The position numbers were made by a program, and so were the translations under genes. From NCBI GenBank assembly GCA_964012805.1, contig CAXGUD010000002.1, positions 64,001 through 128,000 on the forward strand: a DNA stretch of 64,000 nt. Direction: 5' to 3'. Below, piece after piece: positions 10,706 to 19,694 of this stretch. Within the stretch, counting starts at the first letter, position 1. Each line of letters opens with the position of its first letter. The notes under the pieces were generated by a model, which was not told the DNA's origin, did not search any database, and worked only from the letters and a program-made list of their open reading frames with translations. The DNA is from an uncultured Bacteriovoracaceae bacterium. GTDB lineage: Bacteria > Bdellovibrionota > Bacteriovoracia > Bacteriovoracales > Bacteriovoracaceae.

Positions 10706-11379
10706 GCTTTTTCATTCAGTCCATTATCTTTTGGTGCCAACTTTTTTTTAGTGCCCAAAAGGTCAACAAGGCTTAAAGTCGAGTGTTCCACATCACTAAT
10801 GATCTTATTTTGTTTTGAAACAAGAAACGAGTGGACGACCATAAGTGAAATGGCACAAAGGAGACCAAGCGCTGTCGTGTTCATGGCCTTTGAAATCCCT
10901 AAGGCCAAAAGCTCAGCTTTAGAAGCGGGGTCGGCCTTTGAAACGGCGGCAAAGGATTGAATAAGACCCGAAATAGTCCCTAACAATCCTAAAAGGGTTG
11001 AAATATTGGCCATAAGGGCGAGAGAATTCATCCTCTTTTCTATTTTTGGCAATAAATATAAAAAGGTTGCCTCCATCACATCTTTAATCTGCTCTTTACT
11101 TTGGTTGGCCCTTTGAAGCCCTGACTTTATGACCTTACACACGATAGGTCGTCCCCTCCCGCAATGATCGATCCCCTCTTTGATTTTTCCCAAAAGAACT
11201 TTTCTTTTGATAATGACCAGGAGGTTTTCTGAGTCCACATCGTAACGCCAAAAAGAAACCCAGCGCTCAAAAGAGATTAAAACTCCTAACAACCACATAT
11301 TTAGGATTACCCACATAAAAGGACCACCCTCATTCATAAAATGACTAAAGTCCTGTATGATATTTGTTTCTTGAATCAT
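10702..11379 (-). CDS. MotA/TolQ/ExbB proton channel, AglR-like
   Basis: GGPFMW, TLLGLLGTISGLI, GISKAMNTTALGL. Confidence 0.92.
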   Translation of the reverse strand: MIQETNIIQDFSHFMNEGGPFMWVILNMWLLGVLISFERWVSFWRYDVDSENLLVIIKRKVLLGKIKEGIDHCGRGRPIVCKVIKSGLQRANQSKEQIKDVMEATFLYLLPKIEKRMNSLALMANISTLLGLLGTISGLIQSFAAVSKADPASKAELLALGISKAMNTTALGLLCAISLMVVHSFLVSKQNKIISDVEHSTLSLVDLLGTKKKLAPKDNGLNEKA

Positions 11380-11672
11380 AAGAGGCCTCCTCTTTTTAAA
11401 AAATTAAAATCGTCCCTGATTTCTGTCTCAAAGTCCTTTTTTTCATAAATATTTTCATTCGGGTTGTGTCTCAATCTTTCTCTCACCGTAAGGTCGGTTG
11501 GGGCCATATTTTTGCCCTTAACATTGAGCTCTCCGAGGTCAATGGTTTCACTTTTTTTATAGCGGTAAATGACCTTTTCCTTAACTTCCCTTGCAAATGC
11601 ATAATTAAGGGCGAGGCTTAAGTTCACTAAAAGCAAGAGGTGGAAAATCCAAAAGTATTTTTTGGCCATCAT
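11376..11672 (-). CDS. Small exported GltF/CglF-like protein
   Basis: Signal peptide followed by YKKSETIDLGELNVKG..P; ATGA overlap with upstream gene; operon position. Confidence 0.7.
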   Translation of the reverse strand: MMAKKYFWIFHLLLLVNLSLALNYAFAREVKEKVIYRYKKSETIDLGELNVKGKNMAPTDLTVRERLRHNPNENIYEKKDFETEIRDDFNFLKRGGLL

Positions 11673-12835
11673 GACGCCCCCCCTTCTTTTTTCGTGCATT
11701 GCTCTTTTAAGCTCGATTGGTAATTTCCAAGCTCATCCACCCAAAAGGCTCCTTTAAAAGGGTAAATGTCTTTGCCCTTTGTTAGTGTCTTAACCTTTAA
11801 ATTTTTTTCGCCTTTAGAAATTTCCTCTAAACCATAGTGGTAAACCCGGTCTCTTTTTCTTTTAAAAAGCTCCACCTTTAAATTTAAAAAGACCTTTTTA
11901 AAAAATTTAAGCTCACTGATTCGTTTTTTTAAAGTTTCTTGGTAAAAGAGGAGGGTCTCCACTTTATTTTTTTTAATCATTTGTTTTAATTTTTTTCTAA
12001 TGTTCTTTTTATTTATAAGGCCCATATGTTTTTTTAACCTCTGCCATTCCCTTTTCATAAGTTCATCCCTTAGAAAAAAATGACTCAAGACCATCCTCTT
12101 TTTATAATCACTGACTAAGGACCTTTCCCCTTTTTCGCTTTTAAGCCTAACCCAACTAGCATTTGGTCTTTTTTTGATAGAATTTATTTTGGCCTTATAT
12201 TTTTTAATGAGGTGGTTAGAAGAAATGAGGTAGGCCTTCGTCTGATGGAAAGCTTCATCGTATAGGCACATCTTGTAATACGTTAACGTTTCAAGATACC
12301 TATCCTCTGGTTTTTTATAAGGGACTAAAAAAGGGGATTCGTAAGTTAAAATGATCCCCAAAACTTTTCTATACTCTTTTAATTGATAGTGAAACCAGGC
12401 CTTCTCTCTAAGTAAATAAGGCCAAGCGGGACCATAAATTTTTATTTTTTCTAACTCTTTTAGGCCCTTTTCAAATTTTCCCAATTGATAGTTTTTTCTG
12501 GCCTTATTTATTAAGCATGGATCTTTTAACTTTTTTTGACTTTTACAATTTTTAAAGTCACTGTAATTTAGCTTAAAATGATTTTTAAGGAGCATCTTCT
12601 CTTTTAAAATGTTTTCAAGTTTTAACGCCTTTTTTTTATTTTTTATGGTCTTTTTGATCTTTAAAAAGGGCGAATAGGAAGAAAAATACATTTCCTTTTT
12701 AAACAAACGGTTAAAGTCCTTTCTAAACCAAAAGCTTTGATTCTTTTTCTTTTTATGCCCGCTTGAAAAGGCGTTATTTTCTCCCAAAAAAGAAAAGATA
12801 AAAATGCCATAAAATATTATTAGCTTAAAAAACAT
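11669..12835 (-). CDS. GltC-like exported TPR protein
   Basis: EKAWFHY, YYKMCLY and C-terminal YPFKGAFWVDELGNY....C resembling the GltC C-terminus. Confidence 0.75.
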   Translation of the reverse strand: MFFKLIIFYGIFIFSFLGENNAFSSGHKKKKNQSFWFRKDFNRLFKKEMYFSSYSPFLKIKKTIKNKKKALKLENILKEKMLLKNHFKLNYSDFKNCKSQKKLKDPCLINKARKNYQLGKFEKGLKELEKIKIYGPAWPYLLREKAWFHYQLKEYRKVLGIILTYESPFLVPYKKPEDRYLETLTYYKMCLYDEAFHQTKAYLISSNHLIKKYKAKINSIKKRPNASWVRLKSEKGERSLVSDYKKRMVLSHFFLRDELMKREWQRLKKHMGLINKKNIRKKLKQMIKKNKVETLLFYQETLKKRISELKFFKKVFLNLKVELFKRKRDRVYHYGLEEISKGEKNLKVKTLTKGKDIYPFKGAFWVDELGNYQSSLKEQCTKKEGGAS

Positions 12836-12845
12836 CTTTTACTTC

Positions 12846-13547
12846 CTAGAAACTAAACCCAACACTTAGGCTTAAGTCCGCTTTAAAACGTAAATCTTTT
12901 TTACTTAGTCCCGTAGGGGCCGTAAAAACTTTTTGTAAGTACTCAAACCTTAGATCAAGGGTATTTGTTAAATAAAACTTAAGGCCACTTTTTAGTAAAA
13001 GGGTTAAATTTTTTTCACTTTTGAAGGTATTTGTGCCACTTGAATTTTTAAAAGAATCGCTATTACTTTCCGATTTTAAAAACCCAAGGCCCGCACCAAA
13101 ATACCAGTCAAAGTAAGTGATTTGGTTAAAGGTATTGATCTTTCCGTAAAAGGGGGACCACAAAAATGTGACCCCCATTAATTCTTTTTCCCTTCTTAAA
13201 AAGGGCGTCACGCCATTTAATTTTTTTAAAAGTTCATAGGCATTATTGTCTAAATGGCCATAAGCTCTGTAAGAAAAACCTAATCCAAAGTTTTCGCTCC
13301 AAAAATACTGGCCACCAAAAAGAAACCCTAAAGTATCCTGGTAATCATTTTCAAGACCTTTAATGACGCCTACGTTAAATAAAATCCGGTCCTTTTTTTT
13401 GTGGACTCTATTTTGTAAAACATAGACTTTATTTTTTTGGTCAAACCAACGTATTTTATTAACGTCACTTTCACTGCCCTTTAAGATCTTTGAGTAACTT
13501 AAAGGGAATAAAATAAACCCTAATACAATTAAATAACGAGCAAGCAT
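12846..13547 (-). CDS. Outer-membrane beta-barrel protein, GltA/B/H-like
   Basis: VYVLQNR, WSPFYGKIN, YFDWYFGAGLG, C-terminal Phe (VGFSF). Confidence 0.8.
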   Translation of the reverse strand: MLARYLIVLGFILFPLSYSKILKGSESDVNKIRWFDQKNKVYVLQNRVHKKKDRILFNVGVIKGLENDYQDTLGFLFGGQYFWSENFGLGFSYRAYGHLDNNAYELLKKLNGVTPFLRREKELMGVTFLWSPFYGKINTFNQITYFDWYFGAGLGFLKSESNSDSFKNSSGTNTFKSEKNLTLLLKSGLKFYLTNTLDLRFEYLQKVFTAPTGLSKKDLRFKADLSLSVGFSF

Positions 13548-13562
13548 CCTCTTAACCCCCTT

Positions 13563-14606
13563 CTAGATCTTTAAGCTGTAAATAAACTCAACTTTTTCTC
13601 CTTCCACTGGGAGGGCGTTTTCTTCAAACTTAATGGCATTTGATTTTTCATCATACGACCACCCGCTTAAAACACTTCTTCCTTCCACAAGGACTTCGAG
13701 CTCATTTTTATAGGGTTGTTTTTTTAAAAGAAAGATGTCTTTTAATTCGGCCATTTTTTTTCCAAATTCTTGTAGGATTTGGGAAAAATCATCCCTGATG
13801 TTAGAACAAAGACCTCCTGTCTTTTCCGATAAAGTACAATACCTTTCACCCGGACTTTCATTATAAGAATGACTTTGACCCTTTAAGTTGGCGATACTAA
13901 AAATTTTAACTTGGCCTGTATTAGATTTATGTTTAATAATTAATTCATAAAAGCGGTCAGGGTAAATGCCCGATTGATCGTCTTCATCACTTAGATAAAT
14001 TACGATCAAAAAAGCGTCCTTTCTTAAAAAGTTGCTTCCATAACGGTCAAGAAAATTTAAAGAGGTTTTTAACCCCTGTTCTTTTCCATAACCATTAATC
14101 CCAACCCGGACCCTTTCTATAAAGTCGTCTAAAAAAGCCGCTTCATCTTTTAAGGCCTCAACCCTCGTAAGTCCCTCTATTCCATTCACGGCACGACCAT
14201 AGTCATAGGGGTCGGTTGTGGTGATGGCCATTTTAAAATCAATGTCTTTTTTTAAGAACTCTTCAATGAATAAATCAAAGTTTCTCGCTAGAGAATCCTG
14301 TTCTTCTTCCATGGAGCCCGAGTTATCAATAACCCAAAGGATGTCTAACTTTTCCCTTTGACTTTCAACTTGATAAAAGGTTTCTTTCACCGTACGAGAC
14401 TTAGGAGGGCTTAAATCTATCGATTTTTCAACTTCAGGCTCTTTTAAATCTTTTGGGTCATCGTCTTCACCCAGTTCATTTTCTTCATTTTTTATATAAG
14501 AGGAAGAAAAAAGATCCTCTTTAAACTCAGGAGGGTCACAACTTAAAAGAGTCAACGTAAAAATAAGTAACAACAAAGTGTTTCTTTTTAAAATAGGCAT
14601 ATCCAT
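13563..14606 (-). CDS. vWA-domain lipoprotein, CglB-like adhesin candidate
   Basis: Lipobox LLSC, DILWVIDNSGSM (MIDAS DxSxS), ITTTD, EQGL, LSDEDDQS; first gene of the gliding operon. Confidence 0.8.
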   Translation of the reverse strand: MDMPILKRNTLLLLIFTLTLLSCDPPEFKEDLFSSSYIKNEENELGEDDDPKDLKEPEVEKSIDLSPPKSRTVKETFYQVESQREKLDILWVIDNSGSMEEEQDSLARNFDLFIEEFLKKDIDFKMAITTTDPYDYGRAVNGIEGLTRVEALKDEAAFLDDFIERVRVGINGYGKEQGLKTSLNFLDRYGSNFLRKDAFLIVIYLSDEDDQSGIYPDRFYELIIKHKSNTGQVKIFSIANLKGQSHSYNESPGERYCTLSEKTGGLCSNIRDDFSQILQEFGKKMAELKDIFLLKKQPYKNELEVLVEGRSVLSGWSYDEKSNAIKFEENALPVEGEKVEFIYSLKI

Positions 14607-15413
14607 TACCTCAAATAAAAAGAAAAGATTTTAATGGGAGGAAACGTACCGAGGGAACAAACGTGCAGCTCTAAAATCTTTTGGTTCGTTGAGTCTTATC
14701 ATAATGGGTAGGGAAACTTTTCCTAAAAAAAAATGGCGTCCAACAAAACTTAATTTATAAAATCTCTTTTTTTTTGACGACTTAATTCAAATTAAATTCT
14801 TTAAAAAAGGTTTTTTAGAAAGCTTCTAAAAAAAAGGAGCGCCAGTTTTTTTTTGCACGTTCTTCTAACGCCTTTAAAATAGGTATTAAAAAAATTTACT
14901 TATTTTTTTAGTTAAATAAGATGGATTTAAATTTATTATCACAAAGGAATGTAGATCTTTCTTTTTTTGAACTTTTCTTTTAACCTTTCTAGAAATTTTT
15001 AATCACTCGTGACTTTATTAAGCCCCTCCTGATATTTTTTCAGTTTTTTATCCTCAATAAAATTATTAAAAGCATAATATATAAATCTAATTCTTTAAAG
15101 GTAATGGCCAATTTGAAAACATCCATTTTAAAACCACCCCTCTCACTCAAAAATCTGGGACCTCCGGACTAACATCAGAGATAGGAAAACTCAAAAAAAA
15201 GGTCGTTAAAAGGGAAGCTTACAAACTATCTCATGTCAAAAAAAACCAAATACACTGCCATCACATTGGAAAAAAGCTTTCACCTCTAAAAAACCTCACC
15301 ATAATGCATGACACAATACTCATTAACCTTTGATTTTTCAGTTTAAAAAAAATAAACTTCTGACTACAAAAATCTAGTTAAAACCACTAAAAAAAGCTCA
15401 AAGGGACCAATGC

Positions 15414-16334
15414 ATGTTTTTTTCACCTCCTGTAAAACTTGTTCCCCCAGTTTTCAGGCCTCCTTCAGAAGCAAACAGCCTCCTTATCCAAGTTACGATT
15501 GGTTGCTCTAATAATAAATGCACCTATTGTGATATGTACCGGTCCAAAAAATATCAGGTAAGGGACAAAGATTCTATTTTTGAAGACCTTAAGGCCGCCC
15601 AGCTCTTTTACCATAAGGTGGGTCAAGCACCACGGAGAATTTTTCTTTGTGACGGTGATGCCCTAGGTGCACCCACCAACCTCCTTAAAGAAGTTCTTCA
15701 AGAAATCAATAGACTGTTTCCTCAACTAGACCGCGTGGGGATCTATGCGACAGCTGAAAATATGCTGTCTAAAACAAAAGATGAGCTTAAAGAACTCTCC
15801 GACCTCAAGTTAAACATGGCCTACCTTGGAATGGAGTCTGGTAGTGACAAAGTCCTTCACAAAATTGTTAAAGGAAATACAGCTCAAGACATGATCGATG
15901 GAACCAGAAGGATCAAGGAATCAGGGTTTAAACTTTCAACCATTGCCATGTTAGGTGTAGGAGGAAGAGAGCTTTCTAAAGAACATATTGAAGAAACGGC
16001 CAGAGTTCTAAGTGAGGAACCTCCACATTACCTTTCCTTTCTGACCACCTTTTCTGTACCCGGTACCCCTTATCACAAAATGGAGGAGAGAGGGATCATT
16101 TCCCCTTTAACTTCTAAAGAGCTTTTTTATGAGATGAAAGGTATTCTTCAAAACCTTCAATTAAAAAACCTCAAAGAATCACCAAAGATTATATTTAGGG
16201 CCAATCATGTCTCAAATCAATTTCCTTTAGGTGGAGTTTTGCCTCGAGATAAACATAAATTAATCAGCACCTTGGAAGAATGGATAACAAGTACACCAGA
16301 AGGGGTTTACCCTCCCAGACCAGCGACCATGTAA
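15414..16334 (+). CDS. Radical SAM protein
   Basis: RPPSEA, CSNNKCTYC (CxxxCxxC), YLGMESG, FRANHVSN. Confidence 0.9.
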   Translation: MFFSPPVKLVPPVFRPPSEANSLLIQVTIGCSNNKCTYCDMYRSKKYQVRDKDSIFEDLKAAQLFYHKVGQAPRRIFLCDGDALGAPTNLLKEVLQEINRLFPQLDRVGIYATAENMLSKTKDELKELSDLKLNMAYLGMESGSDKVLHKIVKGNTAQDMIDGTRRIKESGFKLSTIAMLGVGGRELSKEHIEETARVLSEEPPHYLSFLTTFSVPGTPYHKMEERGIISPLTSKELFYEMKGILQNLQLKNLKESPKIIFRANHVSNQFPLGGVLPRDKHKLISTLEEWITSTPEGVYPPRPATM

Positions 16335-16404
16335 ACCTGGACAAAATTCCTTTTATGATTTTCTCAATTATACTTAACCACAAATTATAATAAATTTTTT
16401 AAAG

Positions 16405-17050
16405 TTGGAATTAAAATTCAAATCCGTTCCTTGCGCCAAAGGCATGACCATGGCCAAAAAAATTAAAAAAGTTGCCGGTGCTATTATTTGTATGAAAAAG
16501 CCAGAGAGGGAAGCTGTTTTTGAATACAGTAATGGAGTTATGACAGAAACTAACGTTTTTTTTCCACCTAAAAGAAAAACCATTCAACTGTAGCTCAACA
16601 GAAAAATTACTTGGTGACTGCTGCATGCAAGAAATTGAAGCTTAAAAGTTAAAGGTTAGAGGAATTATTTAATTCAGCTACTCAGATACTTTTGATAAGG
16701 TAGTTGGAAAAGTTGGGAATAAAGAGAGTTCTTCTAAAGCCATTATTAAAAACTTTAAAAGAAAATGGAAAAGCATCCTAAATTTAAAGGAACTTTTAAG
16801 GGGTAAAATAGATATCTATCCTCAAAAAATTAATGCTGGTTATTACGAGCTTAACAACCTTCTTTTAAAGAGTGTTTCTAAAGTCACCCACTTTAAAGTT
16901 CCACTCCAATAAAACCCCTCTTATCTTATCATGCGTAAGAAAAACTCTCATCGCGCTGATAAAGTCGCTAAGTTTTACAAAGGTTTAGATAAGCTTAGAG
17001 AATCTGGTGAATACGATAAAAACCTTGCTCTTGATAAAAATGTTAGCTAA
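16405..17050 (+). pseudogene. Decayed family-3 solute-binding (periplasmic) protein
   Basis: Fragments SVPCAKG..EREAVFEYS..NVFF / GII*FSYSDTF / LKELLRGKIDIYP / PLQ*..KGLDKLRESGEYDK; in-frame TAA at 16670 and 16910, frameshift(s) near 16560-16650, N-terminus not evident. Confidence 0.75.
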
Positions 17051-17251
17051 GCTTACGATACATACACTAAAAACAACTCTGGCAAAGTTCCTGACTACAA
17101 ATAATCTTCCATATTTTATAAACTTTTAAAAATTGACCTTCTACAAGAATGCCCTTTTTTAATGAAAAGCCGAGCTATGGTCAAAGGTGATTGACAATAA
17201 AACAAAAGGCATTCTTAATAGGTGCTAAACTTTTAAAGGGCTTTTTCTCAA

Positions 17252-17917
17252 ATGAAACCGATTTTAAAAATAAAATTAATTTCAATATTTCTCACCTTTT
17301 GCCTAATTTCTATAATCGTTACAAGGCCTATATTGGCAAACGAAGGTTTTAAGCAACGGTTTTATTGTATCGATGGTAAAAATGGCTATAGAATACTTCT
17401 TTTCGAAAATGATAAACTTGTTGCTTACAACGAGGCCAGTACCATAAAGGAAAATGGTTACTACAAAATAAATGCGGCAAAAATCACTTTAAAAGTTCCA
17501 AAACTCGGTTTTTAAGAGCAATCTATTCAAGAGGAGTGGGGAAAAGAAATCCTTCTAACATTTAGAACAAAAAGTCTTTTTTGCCACTCTACGGCTCATA
17601 ACAAGGGGCCTAGCTTTCTTGCTGAAGCAGTTTGCCCCACTATAAGAGTCATCCCAGGTCTAAGCTACGAAGACAACAGGTTTGAGTTTTATCCGAACCG
17701 TATGGTCAAATGGCGGCAGTGGAAGGAGCTTGTAAAAATATCAGATACACTCTATTCTGAACATTTCGGCATTTATCTTTTAGAGGGAAAAACCTTCACC
17801 CTCTTTTTTGGTGATAAAAAAGAACAGCGGTCCCTTTCAGGCGACATTTTAAAAGGCTATAAAGAAATCCTTATCCATCAACTTGAACCATAGAGAGGTG
17901 CTTGCCAAATAAATTGA
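17252..17917 (+). pseudogene. Exported hypothetical protein interrupted by in-frame stop(s)
   Basis: ORFs 17252-17515 and 17702-17893 share a frame and the interval between them is open; TAA 17513 and TAG 17891 are the only stops before TGA 17915. Confidence 0.7.
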
Positions 17918-18008
17918 AGTCCATTGCCCTTGGGTTTAAAATATAAACGCTTAACACAACTATTTATATTAAGCCTTTTTATTTTCAACTTTAGCGCAAG
18001 GTGAGTTA

Positions 18009-19664
18009 ATGAAAAACACTACTGCCCCTAGGTTTTCTTCATTCTTCCTTATTTTGATGATTCTATTCGTAAATTTTGCCCATTCTAAAAACTCGAATTT
18101 TCAAGAGATAAAAACTCTGCAAACTCCTTTTGAGTGGTGGGAACAAGAGAGATTAAAAAGGCAAAAAAGTATAGACCAATACGTAAAAAAGAATAAAGAA
18201 AGTTACGACTGGTTTCAAAGTTTTTCAGTTGGAAATGCTGGTGTTCCCACCATTATGTTTAAGGCCTTTCCGATTGTATTTCCCGATATTTGGGGCAAAG
18301 AATGGGTTGATGAAGTTGGACTTTGGAAAAGACCAAAAAGTGAGAAGCTCAATTATCCCCATGGAGTTACTTGGGGCAAGGTTTTTGAACCCATTTTTAA
18401 AGTGCCTGTTTTAAGTAAGTTAAGAATTATGGTTGTGAACCTCACATGTGCTTCATGCCACTCTGGACGAGTTATTGGACGCAAAGGCAAACCGCAAGTT
18501 CTGATTGGCGCCCCCAACACCACCTTTGACCCCAATATCTGGCAGAAAAAGTTTTTTCAAGTCATTCAAGATAAAAGGTATAATGCAAAAAACTTTAGAA
18601 AAGCCGTTAAAAAAATAAAGCTAGGAACCCTTTACAAAGAAAAGCGCTATAGGGCCCAGGAACTTCTGGATAGGGCCGCTTTCTTAAAAGAAACAGATCT
18701 TATTTTAAAGCTCGTTAAAGAGGGGCTCGTTTTTAGAAAAAGCCGGCTCGACAATATATTGGCCCCCCATTACGGATCTATGGCCCATTACCTTAATGGA
18801 GGCATGCCTGGTTCCCTTGAGGCCTTCTCAACAATGGTGGCCTTGGCCATCCCGGAAAATAGATTAAATGATAAAGCTTTTGTCAAAAGCCACTTTGGCC
18901 CTGGGCCTGCGATGGTAGATAATACCAGTGCCTGGTTACAAGATGACAGAAAACTTGCCCAATGGGATGGCATTTTAAAAAGGCCCCTCTTTAGAAATTT
19001 AGGGGCAGAAGTTGGGCTTGTTGGAGATCCAAAACTTGTTAACTATGAAAATGCCCACTACAACGTCAAATTTCTTTCGAAACTCCCATCGGCACCCTAC
19101 CCCTTTTTGGTAAACTCCGAAAAGGCTAAAAGAGGTGAAGCCATTTACAAGAAGACTTGTCAAAAGTGCCACGGAGTCACAAGGTTTATTCCTCTTAAAA
19201 GAATTAAGACAGACCCCTACAGGGCCCTCAGTTTAACCCCTCAGGCCTTAAAGCTTGTCGCCAAAAATTTAAAAATTGCCTGTAAGGTTGGAAACAAACA
19301 TAACTGCGACCTTCCCCAAGACGAAATTATAAAAGATAGAACTAAAAACCCAGGCTACATAGCCATGCCACTTGATGGAATTTGGGCAAGGGCGCCCTAC
19401 CTTCACAACGGATCTGTCCCAAGCCTTTACCACATGCTTGTCCCAAGTGAAAGGCCAAAAAAGTTTAGGAGAGGAAATATAAACTATGATAAAAAGCTCG
19501 TTGGTTTTGAATGGAGAAAGGGAGGTAGGGCCACTTATAATACAGAACTTAAAAGTTTCTCAAATAGAGGACACGAGGATAAAAAAGTCTTTTTTGGCGG
19601 TATCGATTTTAAAGCTGAAAAAGGGAAAAGAGAAGACCTTTTGGAGTACTTAAAAACCCTCTAA
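18009..19664 (+). CDS. Exported diheme c-type cytochrome, RoxA (rubber oxygenase)-like family
   Basis: Signal peptide, CASCH and CQKCH, GAPN, TDPYR, YIAMPLDGIWARAPYLHNGSVPSL, SNRGH. Confidence 0.82.
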   Translation: MKNTTAPRFSSFFLILMILFVNFAHSKNSNFQEIKTLQTPFEWWEQERLKRQKSIDQYVKKNKESYDWFQSFSVGNAGVPTIMFKAFPIVFPDIWGKEWVDEVGLWKRPKSEKLNYPHGVTWGKVFEPIFKVPVLSKLRIMVVNLTCASCHSGRVIGRKGKPQVLIGAPNTTFDPNIWQKKFFQVIQDKRYNAKNFRKAVKKIKLGTLYKEKRYRAQELLDRAAFLKETDLILKLVKEGLVFRKSRLDNILAPHYGSMAHYLNGGMPGSLEAFSTMVALAIPENRLNDKAFVKSHFGPGPAMVDNTSAWLQDDRKLAQWDGILKRPLFRNLGAEVGLVGDPKLVNYENAHYNVKFLSKLPSAPYPFLVNSEKAKRGEAIYKKTCQKCHGVTRFIPLKRIKTDPYRALSLTPQALKLVAKNLKIACKVGNKHNCDLPQDEIIKDRTKNPGYIAMPLDGIWARAPYLHNGSVPSLYHMLVPSERPKKFRRGNINYDKKLVGFEWRKGGRATYNTELKSFSNRGHEDKKVFFGGIDFKAEKGKREDLLEYLKTL

Positions 19665-19694
19665 AAAAATATTTAGAATTTGAAAAACAGATAG

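Noticed and set aside
15091..15333. About 80-codon open frame in the gap upstream of the radical SAM gene
   Set aside because: No usable start codon until near its end and no recognisable homology
16405..17917. Stop-codon reassignment suggested by several in-frame TAA/TAG codons
   Set aside because: Conserved genes in the window end normally at TAA, TAG and TGA, and frameshifts accompany the stops, so local decay is the simpler explanation
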